This document shows, in pieces, positions 1-10,683 of a stretch of 64,000 bases of DNA. Positions within the stretch are counted from its first letter, which is position 1. Every line of letters starts with the position of its first letter. This DNA is from Treponemataceae bacterium (GTDB lineage Bacteria > Spirochaetota > Spirochaetia > Treponematales > Rectinemataceae): contig CAXXHO010000003.1 of the NCBI GenBank assembly GCA_963667725.2, positions 1,888,001 to 1,952,000 of the forward strand, read 5' to 3'. Both the position numbers and the translations under genes were made by a program. Under the pieces are notes generated by a model. The model saw nothing but the letters and a program-made list of their open reading frames with translations, ran no database searches and was not told the DNA's origin.

Positions 1-2
1 TC

Positions 3-1850
3 GAAAACCGCTCGGCCGGTTTGCCGATGAAGGTTCTGAAGATTTTTGAAGGCAATGCTTTCAGATTGTCCCGGGAAACCGTCGAAATAAAGTCTCTGGC
101 CGTCGACCCGGCTCAGCCCAACCGTCTCGCCCTCTGCACGGGCACGGAAATCTGGTACAGCGAAACCTACGGGAAATCCTGGGTTTCCCTGGGCAGTCCC
201 TCGCTGATACAGGGCCTTAAAGCCGTATCCTTCGGCCCCTGGCAGGGGGCAGCTCAGCATGTCGTCTGGGTTTCCCATTCCATCAAAGGCTTGTTCGCCA
301 GGGACGTGAACGGGAAAAACGGCTGGGTCGGCGTCTCTTCGGGCTTGCCGAAGGTTTTCGGAAGCAATATCGAGGAAGTATCGAGTTTTGCCCTCGTTCC
401 GGCAGGGAAGCCATCGGGAGCCTCTTCCAATAGTTCCGCCTGGAACCTCGTCGCCGGCTTGAGCTTCCTGGGAAAAATCTTCCAATGGGATCAGGCCCAG
501 AAGACCTTCTCCGAACGCTATTCCGACATCAAGGATTTCGGCGGCGTGGAATCCCTCGTTCCGGCGGGACAGGATTCGGGTTTCGCGATTTCGAACGGCG
601 TCGTCGGCAGATTCCTGCTAGCGCCAGGCAATGGCAGGATAATTCTGAAGCCCGACGAAGGGCTTACCCAGGCCTCGAAGTCGATCGCTGAAGCCATTCG
701 TTCTCGGCACGACGATTCGGCGCTCTGCCTGGCCTGGCTGCCCGAAATCGACAAGGCCAATCCCTCCAAGAGGCCACTTCCCATCGCGATCGGCGAGCTC
801 TGGCAGCTATCCAGGGGCGATCCAGGGCTTTCCGCCGCCGCGTTGGGGCGCAGGCAGCTGGCCGACGGCAAAAACGGCATCTATCTTCAGACCGGTTTCG
901 TCATCAATCCCGAGACCAGAGCCAAGTATTTCGGCCTCATCAAATCGCTGGGACTCAACAGCCTCGTCGTCGACATGAAGGATGATTACGGCCGCTTTCG
1001 CTTCGCTCCCCGCGAGGCCTTCCTTCAGGGGATGGACAGGACAGGCGAAATCCTGGATATCGAGTCCTTTGCCGCCGAAGCGAAGGCTCAAGGCATCTAT
1101 CTCATAGCGAGAATCGTGGTATTCAAGGACGAAGCGCTCCATAAATGGAAGGGCGGCGCCCTCGCCATTCGCGATTCGGTTTCGGGCGGCCCGTGGCAGG
1201 GCATAAAGGCGGACAGCCAGCCTATAGAAGAATACTGGGTCGATCCCTATTCGACCGACGTATGGCAATACAATGTGGAAATAGCCAAGGAAGTGACGGC
1301 GCGCGGTTTCGACGAAGTCCAGTTCGACTATATACGTTTCCCGACCGATGGCGAGAATCTGGACAAAGCCAGATTTCCCAACCAGGAAACGGGCATGACG
1401 CAGGACTCGGCGCTGGAATCTTTTCTGCGTTTCGCGCGGGAATCGCTCGACGTACCGATTGGCGTCGATATCTATGGAGCCAATGGCTGGTACCGCTCGG
1501 GCACGAGGACCGGTCAGGATGTCGAAATGCTTTCCAATTACGTGGATATCATCAGTCCTATGCTCTATCCCTCTCATTTCGAGCAGGCCTTTCTGGCTCA
1601 GGCCCCCGCTGAATTGAGACCGTACAGGATCTACAAACTTGGCACGCTGCGCAATCTGGCCATAGCGCGCGACAAGGCCATCGTGCGTCCCTACGTCCAG
1701 GCCTTCTACCTCAATGTCAGTTACGACAAGACCTATTACGGTCCGAGTTATGTCGTAGAGGAAGTGGAAGGCGTATTGGATGGGGCGAACCAGGGCATGA
1801 CCTTCTGGAACAATTCGGGACGATACGCTGATCTGCCTATCCTGCGCTGA
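3..1850 (+). CDS. Putative glycoside hydrolase (DUF4015 C-terminal domain), 5'-truncated by window edge
   Basis: Frame open from base 3; motifs NSLVVDMKDDYG, IARIVVFKD, WVDPY, GFDEVQFDYIRFP, ISPMLYPSHF typical of DUF4015. Confidence 0.75.
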   Translation, partial: ENRSAGLPMKVLKIFEGNAFRLSRETVEIKSLAVDPAQPNRLALCTGTEIWYSETYGKSWVSLGSPSLIQGLKAVSFGPWQGAAQHVVWVSHSIKGLFARDVNGKNGWVGVSSGLPKVFGSNIEEVSSFALVPAGKPSGASSNSSAWNLVAGLSFLGKIFQWDQAQKTFSERYSDIKDFGGVESLVPAGQDSGFAISNGVVGRFLLAPGNGRIILKPDEGLTQASKSIAEAIRSRHDDSALCLAWLPEIDKANPSKRPLPIAIGELWQLSRGDPGLSAAALGRRQLADGKNGIYLQTGFVINPETRAKYFGLIKSLGLNSLVVDMKDDYGRFRFAPREAFLQGMDRTGEILDIESFAAEAKAQGIYLIARIVVFKDEALHKWKGGALAIRDSVSGGPWQGIKADSQPIEEYWVDPYSTDVWQYNVEIAKEVTARGFDEVQFDYIRFPTDGENLDKARFPNQETGMTQDSALESFLRFARESLDVPIGVDIYGANGWYRSGTRTGQDVEMLSNYVDIISPMLYPSHFEQAFLAQAPAELRPYRIYKLGTLRNLAIARDKAIVRPYVQAFYLNVSYDKTYYGPSYVVEEVEGVLDGANQGMTFWNNSGRYADLPILR

Positions 1851-1962
1851 AATGCCCGCATCAGACGAGCTGAAGTCACGGCGTTTGTGACAGAGGGGGA
1901 AGCTGGAGCAGGCGCGACTATTGTCACTTTTCTTTTTGGGTGAAGTAGCATACTCTTGTCAT

Positions 1963-3281
1963 ATGTCACATATGTGGAAAGAAGGCCAGCTCTCGCCCGC
2001 GCAGAAACGCGCGCTCGTCTGGGCGACCGCGGCCATAGCGGCCTGTTTGGCCATGAATGCCTATCATTATTCCCTAGAAGGCGCAAAGGGACTCTATATC
2101 TGGAACAGGACGGGCATGTTCCGCGCGCTCATTCTCATGGGCTTTATTCCCGCCACAGTCGCCCTCCTTTCGTTTCCCCTCGAAAAACTCAGGAACAAGG
2201 GCGCTTCCAGGCTATTCCGCGGATTCTCCATCGCCCTTTCGCTTATAGTAATCGTAGCGTCGGTCGGCATCGGCGCGATGCTCATCGCAGGCCCGAGGCT
2301 CGGCACCCTGGAGCCGGCGCGCCTCAATCTCATCAACCCCATCGACGGCATAAAGCCCCGGCAGGCGGTTAAAACGGCCTTCCAGTCGGGCAGCGCGCCG
2401 GCGGCTCCTTCAGGTTTCCCCTCCGTCGCCTCCTCCGCTCTCCTCGCTGCTCCGACAGACCCGACGCAGCCTCTCCTGCGCCTCAGCTTTTCCTCCGACC
2501 CTCACTGGGGAATCGATACGTCCAACGGCAGGGCCAGGACGGACATCCTCGCGAACATAGCCGAGAACAAGCCCGACGCCTTTTCATGCTGGGCGATACG
2601 GTGGAAACCGGCTCAAAATCGATGATGTGGAACTTCGCCCTCTCCGATCTTGAAGCCATACTACCCAAAATCCCCCTGCGCCCCCTCATGGGCAACCACG
2701 ACGCCTTGCTGGGCGGACAGTATCTCTTCAGGAAAGCTTTTTTTCCGGCCGCTTTCAAGAGCGATTCTGGTTCTCCCTATTACTATTCCATAGACGCCCA
2801 GGCCGCCCGGATCATCGTTCTCGACCTCCCCTGGGGCACGGAAAACTTCAACAGAAAACAGAAGGCATGGTTCGAAGGCGTCCTCAAGGAAACCGACAGG
2901 ACGAAACCGGTCATCGTGCTCAGCCACAGCTATTTCTACGCTTCGGGCTACGACGACCCCTCTTACGACAAACCTTGGTACGATCATTACCAGAATATCC
3001 CTGCCGTGACGCCCCTGTTTGAACAGTACGACGTGGATCTCGTGATTTCCGGGCATAATCACTACCAGGAATATCTCGAACACGAAGGCGTACGCTACGC
3101 GATAATCGGAAGCATGGGCGGCATCAGCGACCCTCAGCCTAAGTATTTTTCACCCGCTTCCAAGTGGATGGCTGTAGCGACGAACGGCTGGCTCGATGTG
3201 GATATTTTTCCCGCCGAAGTCGTCCTTTCGTTCAGGAACGAACAAGGCGAGCTGCTCCACGAAGAGCGTTTCGGGTACTGA
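1963..3281 (+). pseudogene. Membrane-anchored calcineurin-like metallophosphoesterase split by a 1-nt frameshift at 2581-2584
   Basis: First frame has 3 hydrophobic segments and motif I SDPHWG; second frame has LGD, GNHD, LSH and SGHNH. Adding one T to TTTT gives PDAFFMLGD. Confidence 0.8.
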
Positions 3282-3397
3282 GCGAGGGCCTCTCAGCTTC
3301 AGGCACCGGCGCGGCGAATAACCCTTCTACCTCAACACTCCCCGGTCTCGGCGCCAGCCCCAGCCGCCGGCGCGGATAAAAAGCAGTAAATAAAAAC

Positions 3398-3451
3398 TTG
3401 ACAGTTTAAATATGTAGTGTAATAATACTACCTAGTTTGTTATATTACTAC
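3398..3451 (+). promoter_or_regulatory. Sigma70-type promoter with overlapping putative RpiR/HexR operator
   Basis: TTGACA(3398)-N17-AATAAT(3421); GTAGT-N8-ACTAC palindrome 3414-3431; TACTAC repeated 20 bp downstream. Confidence 0.65.
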
Positions 3452-3468
3452 TTTTTCAGGAGGCACTC

Positions 3469-4455
3469 ATGACTCGTAAATCTTTGCTGGTCGCGATGAT
3501 GATCATGCTGACCTTGTCCTTCGCGAGCGCGCAGGCGGGCAAAATCGTGATCAAGGTGGGCTATGGAACCGCGGGCGGACCTATCCACGAAGGCGCCCTG
3601 GAATTCGAGAAACGCATCGAAAAGGCCAATCCGAACGTCGATGTCCAGGTCTTCCCGGGCGGACAGCTCGGTTCCGAAGGCGAGATTGTCGGTCAGCTCC
3701 AGGCCGGAATCACCGATCTTCTTCCCACGACCACCGGTCCCCTAGGCCAGCTTGATTCGGCTTTTTACGTTCTGGAAACGCCCTTTGTGTTCCTGAGCGA
3801 AGAGCAGGCGGATAAAGTGCTCGACGGTCCTGTCGGCGAAAAAATCCTCAAGGTTCTCGAGCCCAAAGGCCTTGTCGGTCTCGCGTTCTGGGAAAACGGA
3901 TTCCGCGAGATAACGAATAACGTCAGGCCCATCAGAGCCCCCGCCGATCTCAAGGGTCTCAAGATGCGAACTCAGCAGAACAGACTCCATATCAAGTATT
4001 TCACCGACCTCGGCGCGAGCCCCACGCCCTTGGCCTTTACCGAAATCTACAACGCTCTCGCGACGAAGGTAGTCGACGGACAGGAGAACCCCTACTCCCT
4101 CATCGCCACCAATAAGTTCTACGAGCAGCAGAAATACGTATCCCAGACCGACCATGTCTATTCGGCCGTACCCGTGTATTATTCGAAGGTCAAATGGAAC
4201 AAGCTTCCCGCCGATGTGCAGAAACTCGTCAAGGACACAATTTACGACCTCAGGCTTTGGCAGCGCCAGCGCGGTCGCGAGATGCAGAAAGACTATGTGG
4301 CCGAGATCGGCAAAAAATCCCAGGTAGCCATCCTCACCATCGCCGAGAAGTCTGAATTCCAGAAGGCCGCCGCCCCCGCCTATGCTTGGGCGAAGAAAGA
4401 ATTCGGCAAATCTTACGAGAAACTCCTCGATGAGGTGCTGGAAGCGGCAAAATAG
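3469..4455 (+). CDS. dctP: TRAP transporter solute-binding protein
   Basis: Signal peptide; FPGGQLG, WENGFR, DLKGLKMR, VDGQENP; AGGAGG RBS. Confidence 0.93.
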   Translation: MTRKSLLVAMMIMLTLSFASAQAGKIVIKVGYGTAGGPIHEGALEFEKRIEKANPNVDVQVFPGGQLGSEGEIVGQLQAGITDLLPTTTGPLGQLDSAFYVLETPFVFLSEEQADKVLDGPVGEKILKVLEPKGLVGLAFWENGFREITNNVRPIRAPADLKGLKMRTQQNRLHIKYFTDLGASPTPLAFTEIYNALATKVVDGQENPYSLIATNKFYEQQKYVSQTDHVYSAVPVYYSKVKWNKLPADVQKLVKDTIYDLRLWQRQRGREMQKDYVAEIGKKSQVAILTIAEKSEFQKAAAPAYAWAKKEFGKSYEKLLDEVLEAAK

Positions 4456-4478
4456 TAAAGTTCCCATTTCTATCCCAG

Positions 4479-4501
4479 GCGCCGGTTTTCCAAGCCGGCG
4501 C
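4479..4501 (+). terminator. Stem-loop after dctP (stabiliser or partial terminator)
   Basis: GCGCCGG...CCGGCGC stem followed by TTTGTTT. Confidence 0.5.
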
Positions 4502-4520
4502 TTTGTTTCAGGAGAAGTTC

Positions 4521-5015
4521 ATGTCAGATACGCAGAAAAAGGGTTGGCTTTCACTAGGGAAAATCGAGATGGGAGTGCTTTCCGCGCTGGGCATAGCCGC
4601 CACCCTCATCATGTTCGTCAACGCGGCGTCCCGCTATCTTTTTAAAACCACCTTCGTCTGGGCGGAAGAAGTAATACGCATACTCTTCGTCTGGTCGATG
4701 TTCATCGCCGTGACCACCTCGTTCCTGCGGAATGATCACATCGGCTTTGATGGATTCGCGAAAAAGAAAGGTTTGCCGAATCTCATCTATAGACTCGTCT
4801 ATGCGCTTTCGCTTATTGGGGTCGGGGGGATCCTCTGCGTATACGGCTTCAAGTACAACGGCTTTACCGGTTCCGTGCCCCTGTCCGGAACCAATCTACC
4901 CACCGCCGTCCTGATGCTGCCAGGTATCATCGCCGGCGCCGTATGGGTTTTGCTGGGTCTATGGAAAATGGCGAAGATTTTCACCGGTCCTAATAACGGA
5001 GAGAACGCCAAATGA
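4521..5015 (+). CDS. dctQ: TRAP transporter small permease
   Basis: 4 TM; WAEEV.R and HI motifs; lies between dctP and dctM. Confidence 0.9.
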   Translation: MSDTQKKGWLSLGKIEMGVLSALGIAATLIMFVNAASRYLFKTTFVWAEEVIRILFVWSMFIAVTTSFLRNDHIGFDGFAKKKGLPNLIYRLVYALSLIGVGGILCVYGFKYNGFTGSVPLSGTNLPTAVLMLPGIIAGAVWVLLGLWKMAKIFTGPNNGENAK

Positions 5016-6295
5016 ACACACTTATCCTCTACTTCGTTCTATTCGGGATTCTGTTCGCGGTGGGCGCTCCAGTAGTCCTGGCCTTGGCCGCAGCGGCCGT
5101 GGTCATGCTGCTCGCCAACGGACTCGACCTCATGATCTTCGCCCAGAAGTTCATGGTTTCGATGGACAACTATGGCTTGACCGCTATGCTTTTCTTCATA
5201 TTGGCCGGCGAGATCATGAATGGCGGGGGCATGACGAGAAGGATCGTCGCCGCCGTATCCAAGGTCGTAAAGGGCATCCCGGGCGGACTCGCCATTATCA
5301 CCCTGGTTTCCTGTGCTCTTTTTGCCGCCATCAACGGCTCCGCGATAGCCACGGCGATCGCCATTGGTTCGATTATGTATCCCGCCATGGTCAAGCAGGG
5401 GTATTCGCCGGCATTCTCCGCGGCCACGATAGCGGCCGGCGGAATCATCGGCCCCATAATTCCCCCATCCATACCCATGATTGTCTATGGTTCCACGACA
5501 GGCGATTCGGTAGCCGCCCTCTTCACCGGGGGATTCCTGCTCGGCGCCTTGATGACGCTTGGAGAAGTTGTCGTCGCTTACCTGGTTTCCAAGAAACGAG
5601 GATACGGCGTGAATGTTCCCGACATAGATTTCGGCAACACGAAAGGCATTGCCTGGGCCCTGGTTTTTCCCGTCCTCATCATGGTGCTCATCACCGCCGG
5701 AATCATGACGCCGACCGAGACTTCGGCGATGGCGGTAATGTACGCATGGGTAGTGGGCGCCTTCATCTATAAGGAATTCAAGTTCAAGGAATTCCCAGCG
5801 ATGATGGTAAGAGCCATGAAAAGCTCAGGCGCCGTCATGGCCATCGTGGGCGCCGCCACGGCGGTGGCCTGGGTGCTCACCTACGTGCGGGTTCCGCAGC
5901 AGGTCACCGAACTCATGGTATCGACCATCAGCTCGCCGACGGTCTTCATGATCCTCACGTTCGTCATACTGTTCATCGTGGGGATGATCATGGATCTCAC
6001 GCCCGCGATTCTGATCCTGACACCCATTTTCGTCGGACCGGTCGCGGCCTTCCATGTCGATCCCATTTTCTTCGGCGTCTTTTTCTGCGCGACGCTGACA
6101 GCCGGCCTGATAACGCCGCCGGTCGGGACGCTCATCTACATAGGATGTTCAATGTCCAACAAATCACTGTCCGCTGTCGTCAAAGAACTACTTCCCTATA
6201 TGCTTGTCGTGTACGCGATGCTGTTCGTGGCGGTGATCTTTCCCGACATCATCACCTTCATACCGAAAAATGTCCTGCATCTCTATGGCGGCTGA
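5012..6295 (+). CDS. dctM: TRAP transporter large permease
   Basis: FFILAGEIM, IIPPSIPMIVY, TPTE, ITPPVG. Confidence 0.93.
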   Translation: MNTLILYFVLFGILFAVGAPVVLALAAAAVVMLLANGLDLMIFAQKFMVSMDNYGLTAMLFFILAGEIMNGGGMTRRIVAAVSKVVKGIPGGLAIITLVSCALFAAINGSAIATAIAIGSIMYPAMVKQGYSPAFSAATIAAGGIIGPIIPPSIPMIVYGSTTGDSVAALFTGGFLLGALMTLGEVVVAYLVSKKRGYGVNVPDIDFGNTKGIAWALVFPVLIMVLITAGIMTPTETSAMAVMYAWVVGAFIYKEFKFKEFPAMMVRAMKSSGAVMAIVGAATAVAWVLTYVRVPQQVTELMVSTISSPTVFMILTFVILFIVGMIMDLTPAILILTPIFVGPVAAFHVDPIFFGVFFCATLTAGLITPPVGTLIYIGCSMSNKSLSAVVKELLPYMLVVYAMLFVAVIFPDIITFIPKNVLHLYGG

Positions 6296-6319
6296 GCAAG
6301 GGCTATGGAGGACCATGCA

Positions 6320-7819
6320 ATGACCAATGAACCGCTGACACTCGCGGTGGATATCGGCACTTCCTCGGTGCGGGCGATGGCCTTCGACCTTCACGGCGGA
6401 ATCAGGGCGCGCGAGCAGATCCCCTACCCTGTCATGAGGCCTCGTCCGTACTTCGAGGAGCAGGATCCATTACTCGTCCGATCCTCCACCTACAAGGCTA
6501 TCGCCCAACTTCTGTCGTCCGGGTCAGTCGATCCCAGCCAGATCGCCTGCATCTCGTTCTCTTCGCAGATGTACAGCATCCTGGCCCTGAACGATGAGGG
6601 CAAGCCGCTGACCAACAGCTTGCTCTGGTCGGACGGCAGGGCCGAGACGCAGGCCGAAACCATGAAGAAGGCAAAAGGCGCCATGTGGCTGTATCCCCGT
6701 ACGGGTTGCCCCATGAATTCGATCTACCCGATCGCAAAAATCAGATGGCTTCGCGAGGAAACGCCGGAAGTTTTCGGAAAGGCCGCCCGCTTCGCCTGCA
6801 TAAAGGAATTCGTGACGACGCCCCTCATCGGGGAATGGGCGGTTGATTACTCCATGGCCTCAGCCTCAGGAATGTTCGATGTCGCCGGCCATACATGGGA
6901 TCCGGAAGCTCTCAATGCGGCGGGAATCGGCGAATTTCAGCTATCCGAACCTGTTTCCGGCACCAAGGCTTTCAGGCTCGTGCCAGATTCCCCTCTCGCC
7001 GGGCTCGGATTGCCGAAAGACACCGTCGTCTTCCTGGGCGCGGGCGACGGCCCCTTGGCCAACCTAGGCTCGGGAGCCTTCGAAGTCGGCGCCATCAATA
7101 TCGACCTGGGAACCTCGGGTGCCGCCCGCTGCACCTCGGACGCGCCCATCACCGACGAAGACGCCAGCCTCTGGTGTTTCTGTCTCGACGATTCGCATTG
7201 GGCGTACGGCGGCATCGTCACCAATGTGGGCAACTCCTATCAATGGCTGGCGTCCGCCATAGCCGAGATTTCCCGATTGAGCGGCGAAGAGGCCTTCGAG
7301 CTTCTCAACGAGCGGGCCGCCGCCGTCGCGCCGGGATCGGAGGGCCTTCTCTTCATGCCCTACTTGCGGAAAGCGCGATCTCCCTATTGGGACGGCAGGC
7401 TTAAGGGCACCATGTACGGCCTCACGGCCGATCACGGATTCGGCCACATGGCGCGGGCCCTTCTCGAGGCGATCGCCTACGATCTCAAGTCCATCATCAA
7501 TCTCATGGACAGAAGGATTGCGACGCTCCCTCATATTCTGCTCACGGGAGGGCTCTCGCGCTCGCCCCTCATCCCCCAGCTCCTGGCCGATGTGCTGGGT
7601 AGGGAGATACGGATTCCCGAGCAGAACGAGGGATCCATAGCCGGAGCGGCCATTCTCGGATTTTCGGGTTTGGGAAAACTGGATGGTTTAAGATTTGAGC
7701 AAGCTTCGCCGCATTTCGCTTCGGTACGCCCCGATCCCGAAAGAAAAAGGCAGTATGAAGATTTTTACGGGAAGTACACACGACTCGTCGAAACATTCCG
7801 CAACGCGGATCTGTCCTGA
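6320..7819 (+). CDS. FGGY-family carbohydrate kinase (gluconokinase-like)
   Basis: DIGTSSVRA, WSDGRA, GAGDGPLANLG, GTSGA, RALLEA; GGAGG RBS. Confidence 0.85.
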   Translation: MTNEPLTLAVDIGTSSVRAMAFDLHGGIRAREQIPYPVMRPRPYFEEQDPLLVRSSTYKAIAQLLSSGSVDPSQIACISFSSQMYSILALNDEGKPLTNSLLWSDGRAETQAETMKKAKGAMWLYPRTGCPMNSIYPIAKIRWLREETPEVFGKAARFACIKEFVTTPLIGEWAVDYSMASASGMFDVAGHTWDPEALNAAGIGEFQLSEPVSGTKAFRLVPDSPLAGLGLPKDTVVFLGAGDGPLANLGSGAFEVGAINIDLGTSGAARCTSDAPITDEDASLWCFCLDDSHWAYGGIVTNVGNSYQWLASAIAEISRLSGEEAFELLNERAAAVAPGSEGLLFMPYLRKARSPYWDGRLKGTMYGLTADHGFGHMARALLEAIAYDLKSIINLMDRRIATLPHILLTGGLSRSPLIPQLLADVLGREIRIPEQNEGSIAGAAILGFSGLGKLDGLRFEQASPHFASVRPDPERKRQYEDFYGKYTRLVETFRNADLS

Positions 7820-7829
7820 GGAGCTTTCG

Positions 7830-8804
7830 ATGAAAATATTGATAACGTCCAAATCCTTCGGCCGGTACGCGCCCGATGCCGTCCAATTCCTTGAGAAAAA
7901 TGGTTTTGAATTGACGCGGGGCTCAAAGCCCACGATGACCCCCGAGGAGATAGCGAAAGAAGTACCGGGATTCGACGCGCTCATCGTGGGAAACGACACG
8001 ATAGACAAAAAAGTGATCGACGCGGCAGCGGATCTCAAGCTCATCTACATGAACGGAACGGGACTCGACGGCATAGACGTGGATTACGCCGCGAAAAAAG
8101 GGATTCTCGTCGCCAACGCGCCGGGGGCGAACCGCAATGCCGTGGCCGAACTGGCCCTGGGGCTGATGCTCGTCTCGGCACGATCCATCGATACCCACAT
8201 CGACCTGCTGAAACAAGGCAAGTGGGAAAGAAGCGCTGGTGTGGAAATCTCGGGCAAGACCATCGGGTTCCTGGGGCTCGGCAACATAGGCAAACGCATC
8301 GTCGAGCTGCTCGCCGGATTCGGCGTACAGGCCATAGCCTACGATCCCCAACCTGACGAGGCTTGGGCGACGAGCCACGCCGTGAAGTTTACCGACAGGA
8401 TCGAAGACGTATTCGCCCAGGCCGATTTCCTCATCCTCGCCCTTCCCTGCAACGACCAGACGAGGAACATCGTCAACAGGGAAAGGCTTGGCCTCATGAA
8501 GCCGACCTCCCGCATCATCAATACGGCGAGGGGCGGCCTCATAGACGAAGCGGCCTTGTGCGAAGCCATCGAGGCGGGCAGGATAGCCGGAGCCGCGCTG
8601 GATGCCTTCGAGGAGGAACCCCTGCCAGGGAATTCCCCGCTTCGCATGCCGGGAATCACGCTTACGCCCCACATGGCCGCCACCTCCATCGAGACGGCCG
8701 CCAACATGTCCTGGATAGTCGCGAGAAACATTGTCGATATCATGAAAAACGGCCGAACGCAAAGCGCCGTCAACAAGGATCGGGTCGCCGCGGCGGCTCG
8801 ATGA
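7830..8804 (+). CDS. D-isomer-specific 2-hydroxyacid dehydrogenase
   Basis: GLGNIG, INTARGGLIDE, AALDAFEEEP, TPH; GAGGAG RBS. Confidence 0.9.
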   Translation: MKILITSKSFGRYAPDAVQFLEKNGFELTRGSKPTMTPEEIAKEVPGFDALIVGNDTIDKKVIDAAADLKLIYMNGTGLDGIDVDYAAKKGILVANAPGANRNAVAELALGLMLVSARSIDTHIDLLKQGKWERSAGVEISGKTIGFLGLGNIGKRIVELLAGFGVQAIAYDPQPDEAWATSHAVKFTDRIEDVFAQADFLILALPCNDQTRNIVNRERLGLMKPTSRIINTARGGLIDEAALCEAIEAGRIAGAALDAFEEEPLPGNSPLRMPGITLTPHMAATSIETAANMSWIVARNIVDIMKNGRTQSAVNKDRVAAAAR

Positions 8805-8827
8805 TCATATACCAAGAGGAGCGGAAA

Positions 8828-9775
8828 ATGGCAATCAAAGGAAATCTCGTCCCGAATATCACTATGTTCGATCGCGAGGGCAATATCGATGAGGCGAAGA
8901 CCTCATGGCACATGAACTGGATGTTTTCCCATGGCGTCGACGGACTTTTTCTGACCGGTTCCTATGGATCAGGCCCCCTCATGACCAATGAGGAGAGGAT
9001 CAGGATTTTCCGGCTGGCGAAAAAGGCCGCGGGCGGATTCAAGGGAAAGATTCTCCTGCCCCACGTCGGCTGCATCGACACGAAGAGCACCGTGGAGCTG
9101 GCGAAAGCGGCCCAGGAGATCGGCGTGGACGCGATTGGCGCCGTGCCGCCCTTTTACTACAAGCACAGCGACGAGGCGATCATCGAGTACTACAGGGCTA
9201 TCCTGGAAGCGGTGAATATTCCGGTTTTTGCCTACAACAATCCGGAGACCTCCAGGTACACCTTCAACCTGAAAACCATCCTGAAGCTGAAGGAATTGGG
9301 GCTGTCGGGCATGAAAGACAGTCCGCTCAACATCGGCTTCATCTCCCAGGTCGCCTATCTCGCCCAGGAAGCCGAAGCCAGGGGAGAGAAGCCCTTCCAG
9401 CTGATCGTCGGCACTTCCACGGGCTGGCTACCCATCTATTACATGGGCGTGAAGGCGACAATAGCCGGCATGAACAACTGGGCCCCGGAAATCACGGCGG
9501 AGATGGTGCGAGCAACCTTCGCCGGCGAGATGGACAGGGCGAGGCAGGCCTACCTCGTGATGATGGACCTCTCGGCCAAGCTCCATTTCACCGATTCAAC
9601 CATCGCGAGCCACATGGCCCTCTACGCGAGAGGCTACGATGCCGGTTTCCCCAGAAAGCCGATGCTTCTCCCTCCCTTCTCCGATCCCAAGTACAGGGAA
9701 ATCAGGATGAATATGGAGCAGGCCTTTGCCAAGCTCGGCCTGACTTTTGAAACGGGAAGTTTCAAGATCAACTGA
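8828..9775 (+). CDS. DHDPS/NAL-family class I aldolase
   Basis: GLFLTGSYGSG, VPPFYY, YNNP, Schiff-base MKDS; alternative ATG at 8801. Confidence 0.85.
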   Translation: MAIKGNLVPNITMFDREGNIDEAKTSWHMNWMFSHGVDGLFLTGSYGSGPLMTNEERIRIFRLAKKAAGGFKGKILLPHVGCIDTKSTVELAKAAQEIGVDAIGAVPPFYYKHSDEAIIEYYRAILEAVNIPVFAYNNPETSRYTFNLKTILKLKELGLSGMKDSPLNIGFISQVAYLAQEAEARGEKPFQLIVGTSTGWLPIYYMGVKATIAGMNNWAPEITAEMVRATFAGEMDRARQAYLVMMDLSAKLHFTDSTIASHMALYARGYDAGFPRKPMLLPPFSDPKYREIRMNMEQAFAKLGLTFETGSFKIN

Positions 9776-9842
9776 CCTGGTTCGCGGGACAAGCCCCCTT
9801 CCAAGGTTGTGACGGGGGCCATGTCACGATATAATGGAGGCA

Positions 9843-10682
9843 ATGAGCGCGATGCAGCAGATAATGGAAAAGTACAACAGCCTCCGCAAGTCAGAGACGA
9901 AGGTTGCCGATATCATCCTGGAACACCCCGAGGCCGCGATCCATTTTTCGGTCAGCGAGCTGGCCGAACAGGCGGGCGTAAGCGATCCGACCGTCATACG
10001 GTTCTGCAGGAGCCTGGGTTTTAAGGGATTTCAGGATTTCAAGATATATCTCGCGCAAAGCATCATTCCGGGCATCAGGAACATTCACGAGACGGTGAAC
10101 CAGGGCGAAAACGTCCCCGACCTCGTACGCAAGGTGTTCGACGCGAATATGGCCGCGATCCAGAGCACGCTCGGCACGCTCGACTTCGCTTCGATCGACG
10201 AGGCCATCAAGGAACTGTCGAACGCCAGAAGAATCATGTTCTTCGGCCTGGGCAATTCGGCCGTCGTCGCCAAGGATGCCTACCACAAATTCTTCCGCAT
10301 CGGGATTCCCTGCGAATGGTTCGAGGACAGCCACATGGCGATGATGGCCGCCTCGATCATGAAGCCGGAGGAAGTGCTTGTCGTGATTTCCCACTCGGGA
10401 TCGACCACCGACATCGTCGATGTGCTCGACGTGGCTTCCAAGGCCGGCGCCCGCAGCATCGCCATCGTCAGCCACCACAAATCGCCGGTTTCGGGCAAGG
10501 CCGACCACACGCTCTGCGTCGCCTCGACCGAAACCGAATACAGGTTCGAACCCATGGCCTCCCGGATCGCGCAGCTCAGCGTCATAGACGTGCTGTCGGT
10601 GGGCGTTTCCCTCCTGCACAGCGAAGTCTATATAGCCAATCTGGAGAAATCGAGGAAGGCCTTGGTTCGCAAACGCTACTGA
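9843..10682 (+). CDS. RpiR/HexR-family regulator (HTH + SIS)
   Basis: SELAEQAGVSDPTVIRFCRSLGFKGFQDFK, ISHSG, SRIAQL. Confidence 0.92.
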   Translation: MSAMQQIMEKYNSLRKSETKVADIILEHPEAAIHFSVSELAEQAGVSDPTVIRFCRSLGFKGFQDFKIYLAQSIIPGIRNIHETVNQGENVPDLVRKVFDANMAAIQSTLGTLDFASIDEAIKELSNARRIMFFGLGNSAVVAKDAYHKFFRIGIPCEWFEDSHMAMMAASIMKPEEVLVVISHSGSTTDIVDVLDVASKAGARSIAIVSHHKSPVSGKADHTLCVASTETEYRFEPMASRIAQLSVIDVLSVGVSLLHSEVYIANLEKSRKALVRKRY

Positions 10683-10683
10683 T

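Noticed and set aside
8363..8800. N-terminal extension on the first aldolase (similarly 34183-34563, 46568-46831, 59486-59815)
   Set aside because: Overlap bona fide upstream genes; internal starts with RBS or ATGA coupling exist
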